Shown here: positions 38,584 through 51,964 of the stretch, piece after piece | Position numbering within the stretch: position 1 is the first letter of the stretch | Layout: each line of letters starts with the position of its first letter | From: Octopus bimaculoides | Lineage: Eukaryota | Direction: 5' to 3' | DNA length: 64,000 nucleotides | Assembly (NCBI RefSeq): GCF_001194135.2 | Contig: NC_068985.1 | Span: forward strand, 50,716,126 to 50,780,125 | Translations under genes and position numbers: made by a program | Notes under the pieces: generated by a model | The model's database searches: none | Seen by the model: only the letters and a program-made list of their open reading frames with translations | Told to the model about the DNA's origin: nothing

Positions 38584-39719
38584 GCTAGTGAGGCTCTAGG
38601 CCTTATAAAACTTATGGATCTCTTTAATATATTTAGTTTGAAGCCACCGCAGGCTTGAGGTCCTGATCTGTAGCTATTTTTGTTTATGCTTAAATCCAAG
38701 AACATAGAAATACTCGTGATAGTGAACGAGCACTCATAAGACTGCCTAGAAGTGGTGGACATCTAGTTCTTGTTAGAACATCTGTCAGGAAAAAATATAC
38801 TGAGATAGAAAATCTCAGGGTTACTCACCTTCTGGGCGTCTCAATCAGTCCTAGGCTACCCCGAGGAAAGCTGTTGTCTGCAAAGCAAGTGTAGTTCTGT
38901 GCACGCTTCACTCATTATAATCAATTTCATACTGGGAATATGTAATTGCAAATCTGTACGTATGGGGCTCGGATATTCATCCCTTCTCTGCCAAAATACG
39001 GCATCGCTCCTAACTGGTTGCATCGCTCCTGAGTAGTTCTATCCAGGGGTAACACTTCTCACCTGTTAATGAAGAATGACTTTAAAAAGGTGATCTAAAC
39101 AAAGCTTGTCTAATTCTGGTACTGGCCAACAGCTCCGATTTCCTTTCTTTTCAGGTTTACATGGTAACACCCAAGTAATTTACAACTTTCCAAGAAGTGA
39201 ATATGCTCGGACACGCGTTGTCTTTTTTTTTTTTTTTCATATATATATAACAATAGTTTCACTCCGCTCCACATTATGTAAAGAGTTTCCTTGGCGCATA
39301 GGATGCGTCCATCTCGTTAGATGTTTAAAGACAGCATAGAAACTTTGATAAAATGATAGAACAATTGAAAATGGCGTCTCGGTGCTTAGGTCAGCTGTGG
39401 CCACGTGGTTGTTATACTATCAATGAGGCATCAATTATTTTTAATGTGTAGGTTTGCAAGCAGGCTATTTAGTAGGATGCTGGCACCACTTTGACGACTG
39501 GCTACAGTTTGGTACATTCAGAAGCATTAGGTACCCACATGGTGGGATCAGTCATCACTTTGTTTGATTTGGGGGAACATTAGTAGCAGCAGTCATTATG
39601 TGGGGGTATACGCTTAATGGTGCTAGGCACGTGGCTAACGCGAGTAGGTTATAGTCTCTACGTTTAGCAGGGATCATTAGCAGTGGCTAACGTGAGTAGG
39701 TTACAGTCTAGACGTTTAG

Positions 39720-41184
39720 CACTGGGGAACACGATTTTTGTTGTCCGGTGTTACAGAGATGTGTTCCTTGTAATTTTGGGGTACTGATTTCAAAAATGAA
39801 CTCCATTTTGCTCTATCATGTCAAGAATTTTCTCAAATTCACATCTCTATTTTTCAGCATTTCCGGTATTGTCACTATTTATACGAATAGATTAGGCTAC
39901 ATCAAATGCAAACCCATATATGGAGCTTGATATAACTTTGAAAACATAGTTTTTCAATATTCAATATCATTTAAAGTAAATGCAACTACAAAAGTGAAAA
40001 CAAAAGTCACGATTTAAGTATCTTCAGTAAATAAAATGCATCAAACTTTAACAACTTTCACTATTTTCAATCAAACTAGTTTTAAATGTTATGATGTTGA
40101 CAGAAATGTTCTTTATACAATAAGATGTTAATAAACAACACATTTCCGTGGTCCTTGATATCATACATGTCTCATATTCGTGAAATTTGTCTGCAGATAT
40201 GTCCATGTTTGCAGTAATGGTGTGACTGTCATTGCAAACCAGGAGAGACAACCTGTAACTATTTCTTATGAAAATTAGTATTTTGAATGCGCCCTTAATG
40301 TTTTAATTGCGAGATCATATGGGTCAAAATCACTTTTCATCAAGCACGGTCAAAGAACTTTTGAAAGAACTTTATCGTGTATATGCTCTTCACAGAACTT
40401 TGCCATCACAAATCTGCATTTGCTGACTTTATAACTGTTGACAGTTCTGAAAATGCTTTCCACAGGTGACAACTGACTTGAGTGTATATTCTGTATTTCA
40501 ATAATATGGTCTGTTGTGGGAGAAGAAAATTCAGAAGGCAGTCCCGATGTCTACTGCTATATTTGTATATGTTACAATTTACCTAAGCAGCGAAACAAAA
40601 TCATAGATTTTTTGAAGAAAGCTTATCTTACTTTCTTCGGCATGAAATTAACTGATCAAGACAAAGCCTGGGCACCCCATATATATATAGTGTGTACAGC
40701 ATGTATTGAAACACTGAGACAGTGACTCTTTCAAATACTGTTAAACAATAAACAGTAATATTTGGTTTGTGCTAGTTTATTTCAGTATTGCATAATGGCA
40801 AAATTGAATTTTTTTTTTTTTTTTTGGTAAAAAAATATGAATTCCTGTTTAACAAAAAAACTTGACGTGATAGAAATTTTCTGAAGGCATTTCTGAAGCT
40901 AGTACCACCAAATTAGGTAGAAATAATTGTAAAAAGCAAGACAACTGAATTTTTTTCGAAAATGTTCCCCAATGTTACCAATAAAATGATAAAAGCAACT
41001 GACCATCCCTATCACTTACGGACAACAATACAAATGTGCTTATTCAGAGAGTAAGCTTAGAATAAAAACTTTATGTAATATAAGAAAACTAATCGTAGTT
41101 TTGAAATCAGCATGCCAAGTTTTAGATGAAATCAAGTGAAAAAACAAATCCAACAGAAATTCTGTTCAGCATTGTTCCCCTGTG
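39720..41184 (+). mobile_element. Non-autonomous DNA transposon, probably CMC/Chapaev-like
   Basis: Termini CACTGGGGAACA and TGTTCCCCTGTG. Internal remnant PDVYCYIC..KKAYLTFFGMKLTDQDKAWAPHI..CTAC (40516-40725), a zinc-finger N-terminus I recall from Chapaev3-type transposases. Catalytic part deleted. Confidence 0.6.
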
Positions 41185-41195
41185 TTATATACCCT

Positions 41196-41756
41196 GCCTG
41201 GGGTGCGAAAGTTTCTTCCCACGAGAGTTCCGGACCCCAGTTATGAACTCATTTCCATACAGCCAATCAGAGATTAACTATCAAACTAATTTATGAGCGC
41301 ATAACAAGTGATGGGCGATAAGATAAGGTCACTTGGGGGTAATGAATGACCATGCTTTTTTTCTCCTATAATAATGTTTGTTGTTCTTGTTCTTGTGTCA
41401 ACCATGGCTGCCTCTGCGTAGTTATTTGTGTTGTTGTTTACTTTGTAAGACAGTAAGGGAAAGAAGGTTGCTAGCACATCACCATCTACCAACATTTTCC
41501 CCATTCACATCTTTACCATATGGGGCCTTAACAAAATTCGATAATAGGTATAGATGCAGATCTAATTACTTGTCTCCTAAAATCAGGCATAACTTGGCGA
41601 TCGGTCGACTTACAGCACCGTTCTTCGTCTTGAGTTTACTTGGTAGAGCGTGTTTGTTAACTTGACGACAAGGTCAAGGTGAGGTCTGATTGGCTGTATG
41701 CAAATAAGTTCACTACTGGGGTCCGGAACTCTCGTGGAAAAAAAATCACGCCCGGG
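41196..41756. mobile_element. MITE-like element with long imperfect inverted ends
   Basis: 41219-41271 CCACGAGAGTTCCGGACCCCAG..CATACAGCCAATCAGA is inverted at 41685-41737; non-coding interior. Confidence 0.7.
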
Positions 41757-42648
41757 TTGGTGGTGGAGGTCAACTATGCCTAGAGTGATATATCCGAGTT
41801 ATAAGCAGTCAGGAGCTAGTTCATTTACGGTGCGTACCTCTGAATAGATATATGCAGATTTTCACGGAAGCAGAGTTGCCAATTACGATCTTCAAGTGAG
41901 TAAGGATACCCCATTTGATGTTGAGAAGTAATGTCAATAGTCATTTCGATAGTCCAGATGAAGCAGGGCAGGGAGAGAAGTTTTCTTTATATCTACAGCT
42001 GAGTCATATGTTGTGTATTTCTTCCTTTAAAATTATTGGTTGAGCTAAAGTTTAATGATAGGATATAGTGTGAGGATATAGGATAGTGTGAGGGTATTTC
42101 TAATACCATAGGATGGTGTGAGATTACTCACTCATAGAGTGAGTTTTTGAAAGGTAGGACCCTTCCGGTGGACAGATGATAGGATTTCATCAATTATACG
42201 TTGTAGTGTGGACTGGAAGTAGTGTAAATGTGCGTTTGCCTCTATTGTAACGTGAGGTATGCCCTGCATCCTGCTGATTTTCTTCTCTGCAACACGTGGG
42301 CTACAAAATGAGTAAATAATTGATGTTCATAACATTACAACCGCGTGACCACAGCCGATCAATATAGGCTTAAACACCTTGAATCCATTGTTTTAATTTC
42401 TTACAAAGCTTCTACTCTGTCTCCGAACATCTGACGAGATCGACGAGTTCTACATGTTCACGAACCATTAAGAAATCTTGGGTTGAGTGAAGCTGTTATT
42501 AGATACTCCAATCAAATGTGTTGAGCGCAACTTTTTTCATTTATTCATACATTCATCCACGCGCGCGCACGCGCACACACACACACATACACACACGCAC
42601 ACTCTCACACACACACACACACACACACACACATCACACACACACACA

Positions 42649-42685
<37 letters not shown>

Positions 42686-45642
42686 CCTTTCCTCGCAAGT
42701 GAGAATGACTTGGAAATATGTGCGATGTTTTCGATAAGTATTTTGTGGAAGTGTATATTCTAGTAGACATAGATACCTTCTCGGCCCTCTCACTCTTAAC
42801 GCGCTGGGACATTCAAGATTTTATCGTTGGTATAAGAAAGACCTACATCAGCATTATGCTGGCACTTATTTGTCTGCTGAGTGGACTGGATCAACGTGAA
42901 ATGATGGGCTTTGCTCAAGTATAAAATGCACTGCCCAATTCCGTAACCGAAACCACAATCTTTCTCACACATGATGCATATATTCAAATAAATACTCGCA
43001 AACATATATACACATGTGTGCGTGAGTGTGTTCGTGTGAGTATGTATGTTTTAACACTTGGAAAAGGGTATTTTACATTCTCCCTATTCCCCTTCTCTCT
43101 CTTCCCCTCTCGCTCTTTCTCTCTCCCTCTTTCTCTCATCCTTCCCCTCTCTCTCTCTCTTGGTCTCTCTCTCTTTCTCTCTCATATCCTTCCCCTCTCT
43201 CTCTCTTGGTCTCTTTCTCTCTCTCTCTCTCNNNNNNNNNNNNNNNNNNNNNNNNNNNNNNNNNNNNNNNNNNNNNNNNNNNNNNNNNNNNNNNNNNNNN
43301 NNNNNNNNNNNNNNNNNNNNNNNNNNNNNNNNNNNNNNNNNNNNNNNNNNNNNNNNNNNNNNNNNNNNNNNNNNNNNNNNNNNNNNNNNNNNNNNNNNNN
43401 NNNNNNNNNNNNNNNNNNNNNNNNNNNNNNNNNNNNNNNNNNNNNNNNNNNNNNNNNNNNNNNNNNNNNNNNNNNNNNNNNNNNNNNNNNNNNNNNNNNN
43501 NNNNNNNNNNNNNNNNNNNNNNNNNNNNNNNNNNNNNNNNNNNNNNNNNNNNNNNNNNNNNNNNNNNNNNNNNNNNNNNNNNNNNNNNNNNNNNNNNNNN
43601 NNNNNNNNNNNNNNNNNNNNNNNNNNNNNNNNNNNNNNNNNNNNNNNNNNNNNNNNNNNNNNNNNNNNNNNNNNNNNNNNNNNNNNNNNNNNNNNNNNNN
43701 NNNNNNNNNNNNNNNNNNNNNNNNNNNNNNNNNNNNNNNNNNNNNNNNNNNNNNNNNNNNNNNNNNNNNNNNNNNNNNNNNNNNNNNNNNNNNNNNNNNN
43801 NNNNNNNNNNNNNNNNNNNNNNNNNNNNNNNNNNNNNNNNNNNNNNNNNNNNNNNNNNNNNNNNNNNNNNNNNNNNNNNNNNNNNNNNNNNNNNNNNNNN
43901 NNNNNNNNNNNNNNNNNNNNNNNNNNNNNNNNNNNNNNNNNNNNNNNNNNNNNNNNNNNNNNNNNNNNNNNNNNNNNNNNNNNNNNNNNNNNNNNNNNNN
44001 NNNNNNNNNNNNNNNNNNNNNNNNNNNNNNNNNNNNNNNNNNNNNNNNNNNNNNNNNNNNNNNNNNNNNNNNNNNNNNNNNNNNNNNNNNNNNNNNNNNN
44101 NNNNNNNNNNNNNNNNNNNNNNNNNNNNNNNNNNNNNNNNNNNNNNNNNNNNNNNNNNNNNNNNNNNNNNNNNNNNNNNNNNNNNNNNNNNNNNNNNNNN
44201 NNNNNNNNNNNNNNNNNNNNNNNNNNNNNNNTGTGTGTGTGTGTGTGTGTGTGTGTGTTTTATCCTTATCTCGTTTGTTGTCAGTGATTTCTGAGAGGCG
44301 CAATGACTGAATCGATAAAGTATCTGTCTTTTCGTCTGTGTGTCGTGTGTCATTATATTTTATTGCGTTGCTAGCAATGGCAAGACACTTAATCGTACTT
44401 GCTTAAGGATTCATGTCTAATAAAGAATTTATTATTCATATTCGATGAATATTTATGCTGTCACTCTCCATCTCCATTTATGAAAGTTTTGTACGTACAC
44501 TAACATTCATACAGACTCAAAGATACATACGTATCTACACGAGAGCACACAAGTGCGTGTACATTTATTCGATTAAAATTCACGATGCAATTTTTTTTTT
44601 CTGGATAGGGGGAATAGAAAATGTCTGTGTATATACATATATACACATGCATACATACATACATACATACATACATACATACATACANNNNNNNNNNATG
44701 TATACACACACACACACACGTATATAAGTATATCTGCATGTGCGTTTGTGTACTCGTGGATGCAAAGGTGTAACGAAGTTCGAAAGTTAGGGAGAGCGAG
44801 CACATAAAAAAGGCGCCGTGACACTTACCAAACAATTTTAACTCATTTCTCTCATACGCGAAATATTTCATTAGTTATAATATACATATTTGTATTCTAC
44901 GTTCATTAATTTCAGGTAAAGTCGATGAAACTCTACGGGATCGTTCAGTGTCGAGAGATTATGATATCAGGGTTTACCTTGGTTCTTCAGATGTCAGCAG
45001 TTAGCAACAGGAGATTGAGCACACAGTTCAAAAGCACGAGAGGTTGGTCAAATAAAGTCATAACTCCAGAAAGCTTTTCCAATGCTATGCGATTTCCCAC
45101 CCGCCAAAAAAAGACATTCGACTTTTATCGCACAAGTGAAAACAATTTGTCGCTCCCCTCCCACTGCATGTGTTTGTTCGCGCTTATTTGGACTAATGTT
45201 TCGAACGTCCATTTAACTATTTTTATGTTGACCAGCTCATAATCTCTCACACAACATTTTCACGTCTTTTAAGTATTGTGGACGTCATCGAAAACTTAAC
45301 CACCTGTGAGGATAAATTGAAGTGTTACCGTATTAGTAAACGTACGAATGATGATTGGAATAACATTCGTAAATGAAAACGAATTCCGTATTTCTTTTGT
45401 TTGTCTTTGGGTCAGATACGATCGAACAAATCTCTGGTCAAAAACTTTCCAATCGTCACCATCCTGCCCATACTGTATTTTTAAAACGCTAGTGTATGAC
45501 TTGGAGTGAATTCGGCAGCTATTTGTAGGAAGTCGAGCAACGATATTGAAGCTCCTTCTTGACTTGTATCGATGTGGCAACGAGTGGCGTTAAAGTTGAG
45601 AAATATAGTGTGTATCGTGTAGTTCAATTTATTTATCATTTG

Positions 45643-48600
45643 TCATTAAGTCAGGTCAGATATGGGGGCATGCGCCGTTGCAGCGCGTCACTGCATCCAC
45701 CATTTGTCGTTTTTTGCTACGGTCGTCTCGGGCAACCCTCCAATTAGTATCCCAATCAGGTCCAATCTCTGCGAGATACCTACTCATCCACCATGACCAT
45801 GTAGCATGTGACCAACCAATACGAGCCGTCATCCCAACCGGATCCTCAGAGAAGAGAACACATCGTTGATGGATACAAAATCGAAGCAATGGTAACTCAT
45901 ATTCTTGTGAAGCATTCTAGTACCAAAGAAGTTTAGATGGCTCTTAAGGGCCCTGGACAGTGTCCAAGCCTCGCAACTTTAGAACAAGACAGAGAGGATC
46001 AGAGACCCGAATATCTGAGCCGTAATCTTCCTGCACAGAGATCGGCAACGCCAAACACTCCTGTCTAGTGAGTCCACAACTGCAACAGCACGTCTAAGTC
46101 TTTTTAAGACTTCTAACTCGGAGTTAATGTTGCTATGGATCACACAGCCGAGATAAATGAAGTGGTCAATAACTTCGACATTTTCACTCGCAAAAAAAAA
46201 ACGGACGAGATGGAGTTTCCTAGGAAACTAACAAAAGACTGGATCTTTCTCTTGACCCAAGAAACTCTAATGCCAAGTGGTTTTGCTTCCTCAATTAGTA
46301 AAAGGAGAGCACTCCTTAAGATATCCAGCGGCTCAGTAAGAATAACCGCATCAGCAACAAAATCCAGATCAGTAGTCCTAGTTTGACTAATGATTACACC
46401 ACTGCTTGATTGACCCACCATCCAACCAAGTATCCAGTCTAAGCAGACATTGAACGGAGTCGGAACCAAGACAAAAACCTAACAGATCCCTGTTCTAATT
46501 GAGAAAATGCCAGATGTTGAATCCGCAAACCGAATTGCGCTAACTGTTCCTGTACAAAGGCCATTATCTGTCCTCCTGTGCTCATCGCTGTTCACCGAAG
46601 TAAACGTCTTGTGTAAATCGACGTAAGCTGCAAGCAGCTCCAGCCGAAATCTCCGTCTGCATTCTATGAATATTCGGAGAACTAGGATCTTTTCAGTGGT
46701 TGACCTCTTTGATGTGAACACTGACTTCTAAGAAGCAAGCTGATGATTTTAAATTCTATTTAGAATAACCTTAGCAAAGATCTTAGTAGACCCTGTAGGT
46801 GTTGCAATCGTGGTTACCGTTACCTTTCCAGAAAGAGATTAATTATGTCCGTCTTCCAATCGGGCGATATGGTGCTACTGCTCCAAATTGAGATGAACTG
46901 CTACAAGAACAAGACTGCAGCCGGTCCGCCTTTCTTGATAATCTTCCTTTGGATACAACAGACACCAGCTATTTTCTTGCCTTTCAGTTGATTTACTACC
47001 GTACGAATCTTGCCTACGGACGGTGAATCACAGCTGACTGGCTGGTCGGTCACCAGTGCTAAAAACCTTGTTTTTCAGAACAAAGCGAGGTCCACCTAAT
47101 GCAACTTTTCAAAATACGATGCCCAGCAATCTACCATATTGGAATCCTCCGTCAGGAGCGCTCCATCAGTGTCTAAGGCTTTGCCACCTAAGCATAGCGA
47201 TTCTTCTTGAAGCAGTACGTGAGTCAGAAATGTGAAGCCGACTCTCGACCGCTTCATAGATCCTCAACCCTGCTTTTCTTTGTCAGATCTCAGTTCTATG
47301 ATTACTCCACGTCTCAATCCCCGAATCAAATTACCAGGGGTTCCATATAGCCTCGCCCTGCGGTTGCACTCCACAAATGCGAAGGTCTCCCTGGAAAGGA
47401 AGTTGTTTCCTGACCCATTTCTAGAATCTGATACGTCCCCTAGCAGTCAACAGCAGTACGTCCTTGTAAGTTTCCATATTCCCACAGGTACTGTCAAAGA
47501 ACCAGCCCCATGAAGCACAGCACAAAACTGCTGCAAATAAGTCCTGGTCACACTGTTCTCTTTGAATCTCCCGATATCCAATCTGGGACTGGCTGCCTTC
47601 AGCCTCTTAGACTTCAGTTGCAATTACAGCTCAGTTACAAGCCTGTAGCCAGTACCAATAAGCTAGCACTCCGAAAAGCCTAACAGTTCTGTAGGACTCT
47701 CCAACGGTCATCCACAAGTACATGGTCGATCAGTATTGGAATACCAAGTCCGGTGATGCAGCTTAGGACGTTGGTACTAGGATCTAGCAATGCAAAGTCC
47801 GCGGCTTTTGGCAAAGTCCATGAGCATGACACCCCAAAAGAACGGACAACGCTCTCATATGCCGTTCTGCAAAACCCAAAAGATGTGCTAAAATCTCTCA
47901 TGAACAAGGACGGGTGTCTCTGTTGGGGATACTATCATGACAAAGCACAGCTGGGCGTAAGATGCTTCCCTCACTGCCCCGTCAACCACAACAAAGAGAG
48001 CATACACTGCAACCAAGAAAGTAACACCCAGAGAATGTCGAATCCTCAGTTACATAATATGCTCATTGACAAGTGTTATATCTGATACCATTGGAACCAG
48101 CCAGTCGGCCATTACAACTGCTATCCCAACGGCATGCCAGACCAGCATTAGATGTAACCACTAGTTGAAATTTAGCTTCTCCATAACCGACGCACCTCCG
48201 ATGGGGCTACCAAAGCGACTCGCAAAGACGTTAGGAGCAGATGGGAGAATATTTTAGGTCCCCACCCGAACAAGCCTCCTCAGATTTAACCGAGATTCCC
48301 TGCTCCTGGCCGATGACACCTTTGCACCACTCAAGCGACAACCCTTCGACCCAACCCGTCCTCTTGGATTTTCCTCATTTGGCAAAGCGGAGAACTGGCG
48401 GATTTGCCCCAACCGTTTCATACGACGTATCTTATAGGCAATCGAGATACTTCCTCGAAAGAGAGAATTTGATGTTTGGTTGGTCGTTGCTGGTGAGGGC
48501 TTTACAAGGATAGAATGCAAATCTTACCTCGACTTCTTTTAGTCGATTTTTACGACACGCAGAGGAAACATTAGGTCTATTCTTTTGCAAGCCGGTCTCC
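45643..48600 (-). mobile_element. Near full-length decayed RTE-clade LINE (APE endonuclease + RT)
   Basis: IDHVLVDDRWRVLQNC (APE), RSTTEKILVLR..AAYVDLHKTF, PTPFNVCLDWIL..DLDFVADAVI..EAKPLGIRVSW.K (RT), C-terminal WRVARDD..MVDAVTRCNGACPHI*, and a short (TGACC)-type tail. Confidence 0.85.
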
Positions 48601-48678
48601 ACATAATCATTCGATTGATCTTTATTAATTATTATACATATTCAAATGTTATTTGTTGCTTTTATGCTAATTTGTTTC

Positions 48679-49064
48679 GGTGGAGGCGCAATGGCCCAGT
48701 GGTTAGGGCAGCGGACTCGCGGTCATAGGATCGCGGTTTCGATTCCCAGACCGGGCGTTGTGAGTGTTTATTGAGCAAAAACACCTAAAGCTCCACGAGG
48801 CTCCGGCAAGGGATGGTGGCGAACCCTGCTGTACTCTTTCACCACAACCTTCTCTCACTCTTACTGCCTGTTTCTGTTGTGCCTGTAATTCAAAGGGTCA
48901 GCCTTGTCACACTGTGTCACGCTGAATATCCCCGAGAACTACGTTAAGGGTACACGTGTCTGTGGAGTGCTCAGCCACTTGCACGTTAATTTCACGAGCA
49001 GGCTGTTCCGTTGATCGGATCAACTGGAACCCTCGACGTCGTAAGCGACGTAGTGCCAACAACA
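48679..49064 (+). mobile_element. SINE family B, full-length with 13-bp TSD
   Basis: TSD GCTAATTTGTTTC at 48666-48678 and 49065-49077; near-identical to the 35961 copy. Confidence 0.95.
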
Positions 49065-51899
49065 GCTAATTTGTTTCATTAAAGTGATTGGAATACTAAC
49101 ATGCTAATTATTTGTATATGATGGTGAGAATTCTGATTTCTTTAAAGTCGCTTTGAATATGGAGTTTACTTGTTTAGATTCAGGTCAAGCTGATCGAGCA
49201 GGTCTATGATCAAAGGAATTTCAGTCGTAACAGCCCAGTCCCTTTCTGTGTATCTACAAATAAATTATCCTATGTTTCCTTCCTTTTCCTGGGCAATAAG
49301 GTGTGATGCATGTGTGATTTTAGCAGCTATTTCTAGCAGACTGAGAGATCACGCAGAGGTGCCCTTGTTTGTTTGAAGTGGTTTTGGAGGGGTTTTTTTT
49401 TAATTTCTTCTCATATTTATGGTAATAAAAAGTGAATTAGATAATGTCTTTTCCTCCTTTATAATAAAGTATTTGATGCTCCTATATTAAACGTTAACCC
49501 TAACTAAACTGTGCTGATAACGTATATAAGAAACTAATCTTAGTGGTGTCTGTTTGTTTGTTGTTTTTTTTGTTTTTTTTTATATGCTATACACTTTAGT
49601 TTAATGGAAATCACTGAAAGACCAACATAAAGACTCTTCCACCAAGCGAATCGCTAGGCATTCAATAATCTCAAGGCTTATGAGCTAATTGATTTCTTTG
49701 AATATTTATCATGGATAACTATATTACTTGTGTTGTTTTTGTTGATGTTGTTGTTGTTGTTGTTGTTGCTGTTGTTCTTCTTCTCCTTCTCCGTCTCCTT
49801 CTTCTCCTTCTCCTTCTTCTCCTTCTTCTTCTCCTTCTGCTTCTTCTTCTGTCGGGCATGATCAAGCAAACCCAAATGAAAGCCACTGCGACCGTAACTA
49901 CCCCTGTTCTGGTATGGCATACTCAGTATCACATTTTCCACTGTATCCTTTTCTTTTCTGTTTTTTTTTTATCTTGGACAATTGCGTGATTTGAAGATCT
50001 GGCTGTTTTTTTTTTTTGTTTTTTTTTGTAGAGGTTTCTTTGGTTTTCATGGAGCTGATATGAACTTCATGAAAATATTACGTTATAGGGAACAGCTTTA
50101 GTTTTATCAACTTTTATATAGTGTTCATGCTCGAAGTAGTTTTTGTCTAGGCCCTACATTTTCGTTTGATGTGTTTATTACTGAAATTGACTTGAAAACA
50201 AAGTTATAGAAATGTTATAATTGAAATGATAACAGGAAATAAAGTTGGCGACTCTCTATCTTGTAAATCTTTCACAAAACTCAAATACATGAGATTGTTG
50301 ACCGTGTGTACCAGATTCATCATTAATTGACGGAAAGAACTCAAGTAGAATAGTACGCCAGATGAGTGACACAGAATTTTAGTGTGAACAAAAGAAAATT
50401 AATAGACACCTATTAAACTCTTCGAAAGGCGAATGAGACCTCAAGAATAGATGGTCATTTTATATAAGGACCAAAGACACATTCATCAACCTCTATGACA
50501 TATATGATGCATAAAAGTACCAGACTTGTCAATGTACACTCTTAGAAAAACAAAAACACAAGGAAACAAATAGCTACACATTGTCTACAAAAGAAGTAGC
50601 AAACGTCCAATAAGTGAACCAACGAAAAAGACCTCTCCATTGCTGTCACCTGCAAGAAATAGTGGCCAGATCATCTACAAATCACTTCATACTGTTTTAA
50701 AAGGAAGAATCATTGAAAAATATTGCCTGAAAAAGAAACGAAAACAAAAATCAGAATTCAATCTATTTGATCAATGCTGATCTGCGGCTAAACAACAACA
50801 TTAGACAAAAAAAAAATAAACATGTAATAAATTTAATATAAAGAGAAATACTAACAAAAAGTAGCGAACTGGAAAATAAAAATCTTCGAAGTTTTACATA
50901 TGGACAACAAAGGAGCCTCGATACATTGTGAATAGAATTAGCAGTCAAATTTTCGAAATTCATCTTTAAAATGGGAAATATATTGTATAAAAAATACTGT
51001 TAAACACGGCAATATGTTCGGCAGACTGAAGGTAAATGATGCCATTTGTTGATGATTACCAATGCCTCCACGCCCAATACTTACCTAAGAAATATCCAGT
51101 TTCAACAAATGCTATCGAAGCTACATTTGTTACAAAGTTGGAGCAAACACAGTATGGACATTTAAAAGAAATATTTTCAGATAGACATAATCGAGTAGAT
51201 GGATACCAACACAAGCAATATTTCAAATATTTTTGTAATGACTATCGTAGAAAATTTGCTTAAATATAAATTCGAAGAAGTTACCAGAAGAATACTGAAG
51301 GCGATGTAACACATGGAATGTATTAATTAACAGGGAATAATAGCTGTACATGATTCTAAAAACAAAAGATAATTCTACGTAGAGAAACGTATCTATTAAA
51401 GAATCTTTTGAAATAAAACAGTAATCGCAGGAGAAGTATGGAAAGCTACATATGTAGCCTCAGTCATAACAGTTGCAGCAGCAACACCAATCGTAAGTGT
51501 TTCCGACATAGACATGAGGTCCTAACTTTTGGGTAGCTTATTGAAAAACAAAGTTGGCATCGCCAGGATTTGAATCAGAACACAAAAATTCGAAACAAAT
51601 GCCGCAAGGCATTTTTCTCGACACCAAGTGTGGCAATTTAACACCCTTAATAACTGCTTCTAATTTAAGCTCAAGACCCGTGATTCCCAACGTGGAATTA
51701 TTACCATGTCCCACCGGTGGAGCATGGTAATATTTTGGTGAGGTATGCGTAGAGTTATGTTGAATTTATTATACCTTTTGTGCACAGGTCGTTTTCATCT
51801 TTTTCATAAGATCTGATGTCACTAAAGAGGGAATAGATTATTTCCTTCGATTTAGTGGTATGTGAAAACATGTAGGTAATTACAAACGCGTACGTACGT

Positions 51900-51964
<65 letters not shown>

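Noticed and set aside
42425-42460. GAACAT-CTGACGAG...ATGTTC, a hammerhead-like core
   Set aside because: No GAAA and no valid NUH triplet before the 3' stem strand; no Penelope context.
42796-43005. ORF containing CEKDCGFGYGIGQC, reminiscent of the TNFRSF19/EDA2R cysteine-rich motif
   Set aside because: Only a short match; the later cysteine spacing is missing and there is no good splice acceptor. A profile search could revisit it.
50480-51340. A-rich stretch with ORF 51036-51263, possibly a LINE relic
   Set aside because: No diagnostic motif could be recognised, so it cannot be assigned.
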